Origin: Mobula hypostoma
Taxonomy: Eukaryota
Reading direction: 5' to 3'
NCBI RefSeq assembly: GCF_963921235.1
Contig: NC_086109.1
Coordinates: forward strand, 18,602,001 to 18,666,000
Length of the DNA stretch: 64,000 nucleotides
In this document: piece by piece, positions 8,956-21,199 of the stretch
Layout: each line of letters begins with the position of its first letter
Position numbering within the stretch: the first letter of the stretch is position 1
The notes under the pieces: model-generated
Database searches by the model: none
What the model was told of the DNA's origin: nothing
The model's input: only the letters and a program-made list of their open reading frames with translations
Made by a program: the position numbers and the translations under genes

Positions 8956-11684
8956 AAAGACCATAAGTCACAGGAGCAGAATTAGGTCATTCGGCCCAGT
9001 GAGTCTGCTCCACTATTCAACCATTGCTGATCCTTTTTCCCCATTCTGGCCTTCTCCCCATAACCCCGATGCCGTGTCCAATCAAGAACCTATCAAGCCT
9101 TAAATATACCCAACGACCTGGCCTCCACAGCTGCCTGTGTTAATAAATTCACCACCCTCTGGCTAAAGAAATTTCTACACATCTCTGTTTTAAATGGACA
9201 CTCCTCTATCCTGAGGCTGTGGACTGTGCCCTCTTGTCCTAGACTCACTCACCACAGGAAACGTGCTTTCCACATCTACTCTGTCTAGGCCTTCCAATAT
9301 TCCATAAGTTTCAATGCAATTCCCCCCTTTTCCTTCTAAATTCCAGCGAGTACAGACCCAGTGCTCTCAAACATTCCTTGTACGATTCCTCCCTTTCATT
9401 CCTGGAATCATCCTTGTAAATTTCCTCTAAACCCTCTCCAATGCCAGCGCATCTTTTCTTAGATGAGGAGCCCAAAACTGTTCACAATACTCAAGGTGAG
9501 GCTTCACCAGTGCCTTATAAAGCCTCAGCATCACATCCCTGCTGTTGTATACTAAACCTCTTGAAATGAATGCTAACATTGCATTTGCCTTCCTCGCCAC
9601 CAACACCACCTGCAAATTAACCTTTACGCTACATTACATTACGTTACTTTACCTTATGTTACGTTACATTACTTTACTCTTTATTGTCGCCAAACGATTG
9701 ATACTAGAACGTACAATCATCATAGTGATATTTGATTCTGCGCTTCCCACTCCCTGGATTACAAATCGATAGTAAATATTAAAATTTTAAATTATAAATC
9801 ATAAATAGAAAATAGAAAAATGGGAAAAAAACCAAGAGGCAAGGTCCGGATATTTGGAGGGTATGGCCCGAATCCGGGTCAGGATCTGTTCAGCAATCTG
9901 ATCACAGTTGGAAAGAGGCTGTTCCCAAATCTGGCCGTACGAGTCTTCAAGCTCCTGAGCCTTCTCCTGGAGGGAAGAGGGACGAAAAGTGTGTTGGCTG
10001 GGTGGGTTGTATCCTTGATTATCCTTTTATTAGGGTGTTCTGCACAAGGATTCCCAAGTCCCTTTGCATCTCTGATTTTTGGATTTTCTCCCAGTTTAGA
10101 AAATAGTCTGCACATTTATTTCTCCAACCAAAGTGCATGACCATGCATTTTCCAACATTGTATTTTATTTGTCACTCTCTTGCCCATTCTCCCAATCTCT
10201 CTAAGTCCTTCTGCAGCATACCTGTTTCCTCAACACTACCTACCCCTCCACCAATCTTCTTATCATCTGTAAACTTAGCAACAAAACCATCTATTCCATC
10301 ATCCAAATCATTGATATGCAGCATAAAAAGAAGTGGTCCCAACACCGACCCCTGCGGATCAACTCTAGTTACTGGCAGCCAACCAGAAAGAGAACCTTTT
10401 ATTCACACTCGCTGCCTCCTACCAAACAGCCAATGATCTAACCATGCCAGTAACTTTTCTGTGATACCATGGGCTCTTAACTTGGTAAGCAGCCTCATTT
10501 GTGGCACCTTGTCTAAGGCCTTCTGAAAGTCTAAATATACAACATCCTCTGCATCCTCTTTATCTATTCAATGTGTAATCTCCTCAAAGAATTCCATGAG
10601 GTTCATCAGGTAAGATTTTCCATTAAGGAAACCATTCTGACTTTGTCCTATCTTGTCATGTGTTACCAAGTACTCCATAACCTCATCCTTAACAATTGAC
10701 TCCAACATCTTTCCAACCACTGAGGTCAAGCTAACTGGTTTATTATTTCCTTTCTGCTCTTTCCTCCGTTATTAAAGAGTGAAGTGATATTTGCAATTTT
10801 CCAGTCTCACACCATGCCAGAGTTGAGTGATTTATGAAAAATCATTACTAATGCCTCCACAGTCTCTACTGCTACCTCTTTCAGAACCCTAGGTGCAGTA
10901 CATCTGGTCCAAGTGACTTATGTACCCTTGGGTCTTTAATCTTTTTGAGCAACCTTCTCCTCTGTAATAGTAACTGCACTCATTTCTCCTCTGTCACATC
11001 CTTCAACATTAGGCACACTGCTAGTGTCTTCCACAGTGAAGACTGATGCAAGATACTTATTTAGTTCATCTGCCATCTCTTTGTCCCCCATTATTATTTC
11101 TCCGGCCTCATTTTCTAGTGCTTCTATACCCACTCTCATCTCTTTTATTTTTTACATATTTGAAAAGCTTTTATTATCCACTCTGATGTTGTTTGCTAGC
11201 TTGTTTTCATATTTCATCTTTTTCCTCCTAATGATTCTTTTAGTTGCTCTCTGTACAGTTTTAAAGCTTCCCAATCCTCTGTCTTCTCACTAATTTTTGT
11301 GTTGTTGTATGCCCTCTCTTTTGCATTTATATTAGCTTTGACTTCCCTTGTCAGCCATGATTGTACTATTTTGCCATTTGGTTTTGGAATACATCTATCC
11401 TGCACCTTCCTCGTTTTTCCCAGAAACTCGCACCATTGCTGCTTTGCTGTCATCCCTGCCAGCATTTCCTTCCAATTTACTTTGGCCAACTCCTCTCTCA
11501 TACAACTGTAATTTCCCTTACTCCACTGAAATACTGTTATGTCAGACATTACCTTTTCCCTCCTATCAAATTTCAAGTTGGACTCAATCATATTGTGATC
11601 ACTGCCTCCTAAGGGTTCTTTTATCTTAAGTTCCCTAATCAACTCCGGTTAATTACATAACACCCAATCCAGTACAGCTAATCC
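8956..11684 (-). mobile_element. Second CR1 LINE nested in the first
   Basis: New 3' terminus (aagaccataag...ggagcagaattagg) at 8956; minus frames EPLGGSDHNMIE and LYKALVKPHLEYCEQFWAPHLRKD. Confidence 0.8.
9627..10025 (-). mobile_element. Rex1/Babar 3' fragment with (ACATT/ACGTT)n tail, nested in CR1
   Basis: RIIKDTTHPANTLFVPLPSRRRLRSLKTRTARFGNSLFPTVIRLLN; pentamer tandem tail at 9627-9680. Confidence 0.75.
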
Positions 11685-12879
11685 CCTTTTGACATGTATT
11701 TTCTATCTCCCATTGTAATTTGTAGACCAATCTTTGCTACTGGTTGGGGGTCTGTATATAACTTCCATCAGGGTCCTTTTACCCTTGCAGTTCCTCAGCT
11801 CTACCCACAACAATTCAAAACCTTCCGACCCTCTGTCACCTTTCTATTGATTTGATTTCATAGGGCCACACCACTCCCTCTGCCTATCTGCCTATCCTTT
11901 TGAAACAGTGTGTATCCTTCGATATTAAGCTCCCAGCTATGATCTTCTTTCAGCCAGGATTCAGTGATGCCATACATCATTCATGCCACTCTGTAACTGT
12001 GCTACAAGTTCGTCTACCTCATTCCGTATACTGCATGCATTCAAATATAACGCTTTCAGTCCTGTATTCATGCTTTATGACTTTTGTCTGCCTTTTACAT
12101 TGCAACTCATCCTGCTGACTGCAATCTTGCCCTATCATCAGTCTCTCCTTGCTAGCAGTCTCACTACACACTGTCTGTGTTTGGTAATGTTCCCACAGAA
12201 AGTTATTCGACGCATTGTCCAGCTCAGCTCAGACTGTAATGGGCTGGATGTGGTAATGCCCCAAAGTTATTGGATATTGCGGGGAAAAAAAATTGGCTGA
12301 AAATCAAGCAATAAAATTTTAATAGCAAATATAAATCATTCTGTCTTCTGAATAGAACATTTTGCTATCTTTATTTTTTGCCTGCTAGTTCTTATTGTGC
12401 ACCAAAATGGAAGACCATGGAACTATCTCTGAGAATCTGAAGTATCACTTCAGTGATGGCTTTCTTTTTCGAGAGCCCAAATTGTTCTGTCTTAATAAGA
12501 GCAATTTGAATAAACAGGCATATTTCAATAACCTGAGGAATATATCATGTAATAACAAGATAGAACATTGAAGCAGAATTGAGCTGTTTTGTTTACCATG
12601 CAGTTAATACTTGGTGTAGTCCTGAGTACCATTTATTGATTGGCATTGCATATGAGCTGAGACCCCTGATGTAATCAAGAGCTGAAGCACACTCCTCATT
12701 GCCGTGTTCAATTCTTTTGTTCTTTATTATTATGTGTTTTGATTTATAATAAAAAAAAGCTTATTTCACTGCTATTGCTGTTGAGCTTCAGTTCAACACA
12801 CACACCACTGTAATTCTGTTTTGTTATGGTAATGTGTGTTACTTGCACAATTATGGAAATTAAAGTTTGTGTCTTTTTT

Positions 12880-13125
12880 TGTTTAACGATAGAATACAGT
12901 AATAGGCCCTTTCGGTCCAACAACCCGGGTTGCCTAATTACATCCATGTGACCAATTAACTTAGTAACCCGTACATCTTTGGGATGTTGGAGGAAATTGG
13001 AGCACCCGGAAGAAACCTGCACCGTCATGGGGAGTTCATATAAACTCCTTACAGACAACGGCGAGAAATGAATGCGGGTCACTCGTGATGTAATAGCGTA
13101 ACTCTAACTGCTATGTTACCATGCC
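12880..13125 (-). mobile_element. V-domain SINE
   Basis: Reverse-complement V-domain and tRNA head. Confidence 0.65.
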
Positions 13126-13744
13126 ACCTTGAAGAGGTTAAAGAACTTGGGCGTGGTATTTTTGATTTGTTTGTTAATATGTCACATATTGGGGCCGCAC
13201 ATCCCTCCACCCCCCCCCCCACTCCTGCTACGTCAGCCCAGGACCTCCCACCTGTCTCACCTGCTGTGACCATACAACACCTGGGGCACTGGGACACTGC
13301 TGGCACTTGCAGTGACAGCCAGAGGTCTGAAGAACATTACCGGTGATATCCTGAATAACCCTGGTAACTATTCCTGCTCATCCTCTGCAACCTTTGATTC
13401 ATTTGGGCTCACCAAGCCTCTCCAATACCTGCACCTCTATCACTTGCAGGATGCAGCCTCAGACCACTCCCTCCCATTCATAGCCAGAATTACTGGCAGG
13501 GGCTTCACATCGTATTCCCATGGAGTTTCCTTAATGACAGATACTTAATTCCCTCATTTCTCCTCTGTAGTGACCCATTATATACTGGAGCTTATCATTA
13601 GGTTCCTCACATATGCTAACAGTATCTGCTCCAGCATACCACCAATACCTTACCATCTTCACTGTTTCTAAGCTATTTTACACCTATTACTGATTAATAG
13701 AAAGCTCCTTAGCCAAAAATGCTGGAAAGACAGAAGCAATCATA

Positions 13745-14045
13745 AAGTGATAGAACACTACCACACAGAAACAGACCATTTGGCCCATCCAGTGTGTGCC
13801 AACCAGATACCTGGCCCATCTACCTGCACCTGGACCATATCCCTCCAAGTCCTTCCAATCTACGTACCTATCCAAACTTCTCTTAAATATCACAACAGAG
13901 CTTGCATCTACCACTTCCGCTCATCAACACTCCCACCACGCTCTGAGTGGAGAAGTTTCATTCTCTGATTCCTCTTAAATATTTCACCTTTCACCCTGAA
14001 CCTAAGCTCTCTAGTTCTAGTCGCACTTCAACATGAGGGGGAAGA
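13745..14045 (-). mobile_element. CR1 3' fragment
   Basis: FKRSLDRYVDWKDLEGYG C-terminus and CR1 3' UTR. Confidence 0.65.
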
Positions 14046-14459
14046 TTTGGAGAAAAGGAAAGAAAACTACAAACAATAATCGAAAAGGCTTGGTGCACAC
14101 AAAAAAGCATGTCCTAAGACATTGATGGATGTCCTCTCAAACTTCAGATACCTGCAAAATTATTAAAGAATAGAGCAAAATTACTGTTAGAAATATCTAA
14201 CAATCACCAATTTTCAGGACGAAATCCATCATATACTTTTATGTCATTGAGCCAATTTATCATAATGCTTAATGTTTAAGTAATGATTCTTGTCACATTT
14301 CGCATCTGCAGTTCTACCTGTTGGAGAAGTTATGATTTAACCCCTTTTTATGTATAAAAATCATGTGTACTGAAATGATGCATGATACTTTTAATATAAT
14401 GCTCATGAAAGAATACCCATTTTAATCTTGGAGTATTTTAATTGTTTTGAGTTAGATTA

Positions 14460-15322
14460 TATCTTCAAGGAGCGATGTTTCAAAAAGATGGCATTCATCA
14501 TTGAGGACCCCATCATCCAGGTCATAGAAACATAGAAACATAGAAAATAGGTGCAGGAGTAGGCCATTCGGCCCTTCGAGCCTGCACAGCCATTCAGTAT
14601 GATCATGGCTGATCATCCAACTCAGAACCCTGTACCAGCTCTTCCATACCCCCTGATCCCTTTAGCCACAAGGGCCATATCTAACTCCCTCTTAAATATA
14701 GCCAATGAACTGGCCTCAACTGTTTCCTGTGGCAGAGAATTCCACAGATTCACCACTCTCTGTGTGAAGAAGTTTTTCCTAATCTCGGTCCTAAAAGCCT
14801 TCCCCTTTATCCTCAAACTGTGACCCCTCATTCTGGACTTCCCCAACATCGGGAACAATCTTCCTGCATCTAGCTTGTCCAATCCCTTTAGGATTTTATA
14901 TGTTTCAATAAGATCCCCCCTCAATCTTCTAAATTCCAACGAATATAAGCCTAGTTGATCCAGTCTTTCATCATATGAAAGTCCTGCCATTCCAGGAATC
15001 AATCTGGTCAACCTTGTCATGCCTTGTTCTCAATGTTACCATCAAGAAGGAAATAGCGAATCCAGAAGGCACAACCTCAATGAGTCAGGAATAGCTTCTT
15101 CCCCTCTGCCATGCAATTTCTGAACGGACATTGAACCCCCGAACACTACCTTACTACTTTTTTTATTTCTATTTTTGCACTACTTATTTTATTGAACTAT
15201 TTTATGTATACTTTCTTTAATTCACGCTTTTAATCTATTAATATGTATTGCATTGTCCTGCTGCCACAAAGACAACAAATTTCACGACGTGTCAGTGATA
15301 TTAAACCTGATTCTGATTCTGA
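14460..15322 (+). mobile_element. Rex1/Babar 3' fragment interrupted by a CR1
   Basis: Sequence before 14523 continues at about 15015; ends attaaacctgattctgattctga. Confidence 0.65.
14523..15010 (-). mobile_element. Well-preserved CR1 3' fragment with octamer tail
   Basis: Intact frame LSYDERLDQLGLYSLEFRRLRGDLIETYKILKG...FFTQRVVNLWNSLP; (CATAGAAA)n tail on plus. Confidence 0.85.
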
Positions 15323-15679
15323 ACTTTTACTGAATCCAAAGTAAGATGGGAGTAAAACACAGGTGGAAGGAACATGATTTGTAGAGCCAAAACTGGTCTT
15401 TCCCAGGGTAAAGAACAGGCTATGTCTTTCACTATAGGAGTTGTTCTGCTCCTGGTTGGAATTGACTGGCCTAGTCCCTGTCAGTTGTAGTTTTCAGCTC
15501 GTACAGAATAACAAGTAATAACTGAGGACATTCGCACTAACAAAAGAGCACACTTTATGCGGAAGAACATTAAGCAAAATATCATTCTTCGAAAGACAGT
15601 TTCACCAGAAATTAATGCACTGGAAAATTCTTATGAGCATGGTACAACATTTGTTTTATTTCAGAGACACAGCCCTACT

Positions 15680-15840
15680 GCTTAACTTATAACCATGTGA
15701 CTAATTAAACTACTGACACGTGCATCTTTGGAATGAGGTTGGAGACCAGAGCGCCTAGAGGAACATACAAGCTCCTTACAAACAGCAGAGAAATTGAACC
15801 TGGGTTGCTGGTTACAGTCACCACTACACTTCCATGCCAC
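15680..15840 (-). mobile_element. V-domain SINE fragment
   Basis: Degenerate reverse-complement V-domain and B box. Confidence 0.5.
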
Positions 15841-16685
15841 ACTGAGTCTGGCTCTGGGAAGGAGATGGAAGAGTCTGGAAGGGAAGGTGGAAGAAGGAGA
15901 GTGCTGGTGATAGGGGATTCAAGTGCCGCTAAATGCATAAATACTGCTATAAATCATTTCTTTATAAAGAAGTGCCTTAGCCTTCTATCTTTAAATATAC
16001 CTTCTATTCCCCTGAAGCTGCCTTTATTATGTTCATTACTATTATGCTCAATTGTATTAGGCATAGTGCAAAATTATGCAATTAATCAACAAACATTCAA
16101 AGCAATGTATTGAAACAGATATATAATTGTTCACATTTTCCACATTTTGAGATGAACAGTTCAAATTTACATTCTTTGGGCATAAGAAACTAACTCAATA
16201 AAACATTTGATTACTGGCCAGCATCCACCGGGGCTCTGTCTTTTCAATAATGTAGTCTCCTCTGAGGTAATTGCTAAAACAGAGCAGTGCTGAAGTTGAA
16301 TTAAGTGTAGGAAATCATATGTACCTCTGCTAGCCAGTGTTGGGAAGTTAGACAGGACCACTTCATCTAGTAAAATGACCCTTTTTTACTGGTAACGGAT
16401 GAGACCAGATCAAATTACTTGGAAATCCCAGCAACAACGATTCCAATTGTTCAACTTGCCTCGTTGTGAACGAGTGTTTTGGTTCATTCTGCTGGACCTG
16501 CTCCATGATACAAGTTCTCCAGTATAACAGACAGGAAATGCTGGAGAGGAAAGGAATAAAGAGCTGGCATTTCTGGCTGTAGGCTGGTGGGTCCTCAGCC
16601 CGAAATGTTGACTCTTTATTCCTTTCCATAGATGCTGCCTGACCGGCTGAGTTCCTCCCGTCCCATGATACCAACAGCTCCCAGA

Positions 16686-17290
16686 GCGGCATAGTAGTGT
16701 TAGCATAACATTTTACAGCACCATCTGCAAGCAGTTTGTACATTCTCCCTGTGGCTGCGTAGGTTTCCTCCCAATTCCAAAGAGCTATGGGGTAGGGTTA
16801 GTGAGTTGTGGGCATGCTATGGCGCCAGAAGCGTGGTGACACTTGCAGGCTGTCCTCAGCACATCCTCATTTTTTTTTAGGGCATCCGTTAGTCTTGCGA
16901 GACCATGGATTTGCGCCTGGAAAGTGTTCACTCTCCAGGGCGCAGGCCTGGGCAAGGTTGTATGGAAGACCAGCAGTTGCCCATGCTGCAAGTTTCCCCT
17001 CTCCACGACACCATTGTCGTCCAAGGGAAGGGCACTAGGACCCATACAGCTTGGCACCAGTGTCGTCGCAGAGCAATGTGTGATTAAGTGCCTTGCTCAA
17101 GGACACCACACGTTCCCTCGGCTGGGGCTTAAACTCACGACCTTCAGGTCACTAGTCCAATGCCTTAACCACTTGGCCACGTGCCCACACATCCTCATCC
17201 CCATACTGTGTTGGAATTTAACATAAAATGGGTGCATTTCATTGTATGTTTTGATGTTTCAATATACACGTGACAAATAAAGCTAATCTT
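16686..17290 (+). mobile_element. V-domain SINE interrupted by another SINE
   Basis: tRNA-like head ggcatagtagtgttagc, V core gtttgtacattctccctgtggctgcgtaggtttcc; tail gtgacaaataaagctaatctttatcttta. Confidence 0.6.
16871..17187 (-). mobile_element. tRNA-head SINE with CORE-like block and RTE-type tail
   Basis: Minus: A box TGGCCAAGTGG, B box GTTTAAGCC, gtgtccttgagcaaggcacttaa, poly(A); TSD CACATCCTCAT at 16860-16870 and 17188-17198. Confidence 0.8.
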
Positions 17291-17529
17291 TATCTTTATA
17301 CTGACTGTCATTATTCAGTTCATCTGATGTACTTTTTGCTGCTTTATCTGGACACTGCGCAGCACAAACTCTCAATATCTTTCATGAGATGTAATGATAT
17401 ACCAACCTGTGATGGTCACTGCACATTTATTGTGGCTAAATCTAAATGTCAAATCTTATTTGCTATTTTTGCTTCTGTATTGGTTTCTACAGCCTGCGTT
17501 ACATGATTACTGTCTGACATGAGAAGTAG

Positions 17530-17930
17530 ACTTAGAATCAGGTCTAATATCACCGGCATATGCCGTGAAATTTAGCATTTAGTGGCAGCAGTACATTGCA
17601 ATACATGGTAATAAAAAGTAGAAATAACAATAAAAAGCATATGCTAAAAAATAAGTTAAATAAGTAATGCAAAATGAGAGGGATAAAATTACTGAGGAAG
17701 TATTTATGGGTTCATTGTCCCTTCAAAAATTTGACAGTGGAAGGGGAAGAAGCTGTTCCTGAAGCGTTGAGTGTGTGTCTTCAGGCTCCTGTACCTCCTA
17801 TCTAATGGTAGTAGTGAGAAGAGGGCATGACGAAGGACTGTAATGATGGATGCCACCTTTTTGAGGCACTGCCTTTTGAAGATGTCCTTGATGATGGGAA
17901 GGCTAGTGCCTGTGATGGCACTAACCGTCT
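17530..17930 (-). mobile_element. Rex1/Babar 3' fragment
   Basis: HALFSLLPLDRRYRSLKTHTQRFRNSFFP. Confidence 0.7.
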
Positions 17931-18289
17931 GATGAGATGAAGCCATGGTGACCGGGGGATAAACTGTAAACCAGGTTCTCTGGTCAATGAGTGAATAGGG
18001 GTAGTTGAGAACATAGACAAAAGAACCCAGTCAAAAGCATGGGATAGTTGTGAAATGCAGAGCAGGAAGACTTGACCTAGTGAACATGTCCTCCACTCTC
18101 TGAGAGAGGGAAAGAGAGCTGAGCCAATATTACAGACGGATAACTGGGACAAATCCAGATATCTAATTGATTGATGGTGTACAATTCAATATCAAATCCA
18201 GAAAACTCCATGACCGGATGGAAGATGAGGTCTGTTCCTTCAGCTTGCGTTGCCTCTCACTGTGACAAGCTCTGAGGAGTGAATATCAC

Positions 18290-18840
18290 CTGGTCTAATT
18301 ACATGGACATTGCGGTCAAGAAAGCTCACCAAGTTTTCCCAGGGCTCCTTCACTCTTATCAACGCACCTTTATCCTGCCTGGACGCGTTACAGCTTGGCA
18401 TGGCAGCTGCTCTCCCCGAGATCACAAGAATCAGTGAGCTGCGGACACATCACAGAAACCAGCCTCCCCTCTGTAGACTCTCTCTATACCTCCCGCAGCT
18501 TCAGTAAAGCAGCCAGCATGACCAAAGGTCCCACCCATGCCCGACATTCTCTCTTCTTCCCTTTCCGACAGGGCAGAATATAACAATGCCTGAAAGAAAG
18601 TACTACCAGGCTCAAGGACAGCTTAAATCCCTCTGTTATCAGACTCATGAATAGACTTATTGTCTAATGAGGTGGATTCTTGGCCCTCCAATCTCCCTTG
18701 TTATGATCTTGCACTTTATTGTTTACTCACACTAGCTATTGCACTTGATCTGCATTGATATTGTTTTACCTTGTTCGACCTCAGTGCAGCGTGTAATGAT
18801 TTGATCTGTATGAACACCTTGCAAGACAAGCTTTCCAATT
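18290..18840 (+). mobile_element. Rex1/Babar 3' fragment
   Basis: HITETSLPSVDSLYTSR...PTHARHSLFFP and the family 3' UTR. Confidence 0.6.
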
Positions 18841-18899
18841 CCAATACGTCAGAATGGACAGTCATGCAAGTGAATCGCTGCTTCATATAGAAAGATTGA

Positions 18900-19555
18900 A
18901 TGGATCTCTGGAATTGCAGAATCAACGTAGGTGGAGTGAGCCATTCGGAGAGGAGAAGTTGAGGCAGAGGAGTTCTGACGCTTGTACAACTGGCCCGATT
19001 GAGAGGTTGGATTGCTCTGGGTGCCGAGCTGATTTGGAGAAATCAAGAGCGGCTTCAGGCTGGGCGGCAAAAGCTGGGCCTGGAGTGAGTCGCTGTGCGG
19101 CGTGTTCTAGGCCCAGAGCCTTTCACACCGTGGTACCAGGTCCTAATGTGAGGTACCGTACACTACTTGGACAATTTAAACGATATACTGGAAAGCCAGG
19201 CCATTGGGATTGGAGGTGAGAGCCCATTTCGCTTGCTTTCCCACGATGTTCACTCCTCTCTCCATGGCACTGAGGCTATGAAGACTGCTCCATGCCCACT
19301 AATATGATGGACTAATACTGAGGCTTGGGCCTACTCCGGGATGATCCAGAATTCAGGTCTAAGGACTGATTTTGGTTCGAAATGTTGTTGCTCACATTAT
19401 TTCTGTTTTTCTCCCCCTTTCTCTGCGCATTGGGAATTGGTCTTTATTTTTCTTTAATGAGTTCTTTCAAGTTCCTTGCCTTGTGGCTGCTTGTAAACAA
19501 ACTAATCCCAAGGTTGCATAATATATACATTCTTTGTTAGTAAATGTACTTTGAA
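18900..19555 (+). mobile_element. Non-coding non-autonomous retroelement fragment
   Basis: CpG-containing body, T-rich 3' part ending agtaaatgtactttgaa, similar in style to 3493-5035. Confidence 0.4.
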
Positions 19556-20167
19556 TGGTGGCTTGGCAAGAAGTGAAAGGATGAGTGTTGCATTGTATGT
19601 GGTCAAAAGGGAAAGTACCATAAAAAGTTGGTGGGTGGGAATGGAAGAATAGACTGGATTCACAAAGGGAATGGTCCTCAGCAAATGCTGAAAGAGGAAG
19701 ATGGAATATCTTTGAAAGTGGTGTAAATTGCAGAGAATGATCTTGTGAATGTAAAGGCTGTTGGAGTGGAAAGAGAGGGCCAGGAGAAGAGAGTAGAGGC
19801 ACCAGAAGTAGTGAGATGAGGTCCAGGGCTTTGTTGATGGTAGAGGGGAAGCCATTCTTCAGAAGGAAAGAAGGCATTTCATGGGCATCAGTGTGGAAGG
19901 TGTCAAAATTGGAGCAAATACAATGGAGATGAATGGATTAGGAGAATGAAATGGAGACCTTAAAGGAGGCAGGGTGGGTTAAAGAATAGTCAAGCTGTTT
20001 AATTACAGTAAAGTTGCTTGAGATACATGTCCTGATGAAGGTTCTGGGACCGAAACGTCGACAGTTTACTCATTTCCATAGGTGCTGCCTGACCTGCTAA
20101 GTTCCTCCAGCATTTTGTGTGTGTTGCCTTGGATTTCCAGCGTCTGCACATGTTCTCATGTTTGTGA
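19556..20167 (-). mobile_element. Penelope-like remnant (ORF on minus) with inverted terminal repeat at 20026-20167
   Basis: MPSFLLKNGFPSTINKAL and GTFPFDHIQCNTHPFTS (Penelope RT thumb and linker); adjacent terminal repeat in the opposite orientation. Confidence 0.65.
20028..20063 (+). ncRNA. Minimal type I hammerhead ribozyme (best-preserved copy)
   Basis: TGTC CTGATGA A GGTT-CTGG-GACC GAAA C GTC GACA; predicted cleavage after C20059. Confidence 0.7.
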
Positions 20168-20467
20168 TACTAAGCAAGCAGCAGCAGTTATACCAACTTT
20201 ATTCACACTTTTCATACTGAAGGATTAAGGCAAAATAATCTGATCTATGATAAGAATTTGAATAATGGACCATTGCCAATTTAAACATCTTTCTTGCTAC
20301 ATTATCCAGGTAATACTATTATGGGAATAATCTGTGACCAGAATGGCAATCAGGATGTAAAGACCTGAAATAGGCTTCAGTATCCAGTAATATCCAACAT
20401 AAGTTCAGGTAATACATTTTGGCACCTATAGCAAAAAGCGATATGTAATCTTTATCAGACTTTAGCT

Positions 20468-21021
20468 TGCTTTGCCTTGCCTTTGGCCCTAAGCTCCTGG
20501 TGGAGTCCTCGGGGCACCGCCATGACAAGCTTTGCACCAGTCTGTTCCATCTGTCACGGTTGTGTGCCAGAGCCTGGGTCACCACAAATGTTTTCCCTGT
20601 CCATTCTTTAATGTTGTCCGTCCATCTTTTCCTCTGTCTACCACTCCTTCTTTTCCCCGCCACAGTTCCTTGTAGAACGGTCTTTGCAAGGCCACTGAAT
20701 CTTGTTATGTGGTCATACCATCTCAGCTTTCTTTTCTTCGCCGTTGTGAGAAGGTCTTCATGGGGGCCAATGTGATGCTGGATGGTCTTGCAGACCTCCT
20801 TGTTTGTGACGTGGTCCAAGTATGAGATGACCAAGATGTTGCGATAGCACCTCATTTCCAATGCCTGTATCTTCCTCTGTAGCTCTGCTGTGAGGGTTCG
20901 TCTCTCACATGCGTACAGGAAGATGGAGAATACCAATGCACGCAGGAGTCTGATCTTGTACTTCATGGTGATGCTGCTGTCCCTCCATATTGTCTTGAGT
21001 TTGGGATAGTGCAGTCATTAA
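20468..21021 (-). mobile_element. RTE LINE 3' fragment
   Basis: KIRLLRALVFSIFLYACE...LEMRCYR...KLRWYDHITR; TSD CAGACTTTAGCT at 20456-20467 and 21022-21033. Confidence 0.85.
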
Positions 21022-21199
21022 CAGACTTTAGCTGTTAATAGACATTTATGTCCTTGAGGAGCATCTGACTATGCCTCAGGCTGTATCTGTGCCAATTCAT
21101 CAAGTACTATAGTTGATCTTGCCTTACTATTAAATATAGAAACTACAATTCAGGATCTTGTCTGGAAATGGACATGATAAGCTGAAGTTGAATCACTGA

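Larger units (their letters stand above)
6250..12180 (-). mobile_element. Degenerate CR1 LINE (6250-8955 and 11685-12180) split by a second CR1
   Basis: Minus frames: KSNGPDGLHPRVLKE, KSCLTNLLEF, DFQKAF, GVAQGSVLG, KFVDDTK (CR1 RT), with frameshifts; endonuclease-region sequence resumes at about 11685. Confidence 0.8.

Noticed and set aside
9627..9680. Short tandem repeats (also at 14523, 57372) as possible CRISPR-like or functional arrays
   Set aside because: Simple LINE 3' tail microsatellites without spacers; the DNA is eukaryotic.
16363..16520. HSFTTRQVEQLE resembling homeodomain helix 1
   Set aside because: No WFQNRR-type helix 3, and the ORF begins within SINE and Penelope sequence.
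17120..17187. tRNA-like sequences here and at about 33930-33991
   Set aside because: They are SINE heads joined to CORE-like blocks and tails, not tRNA genes.
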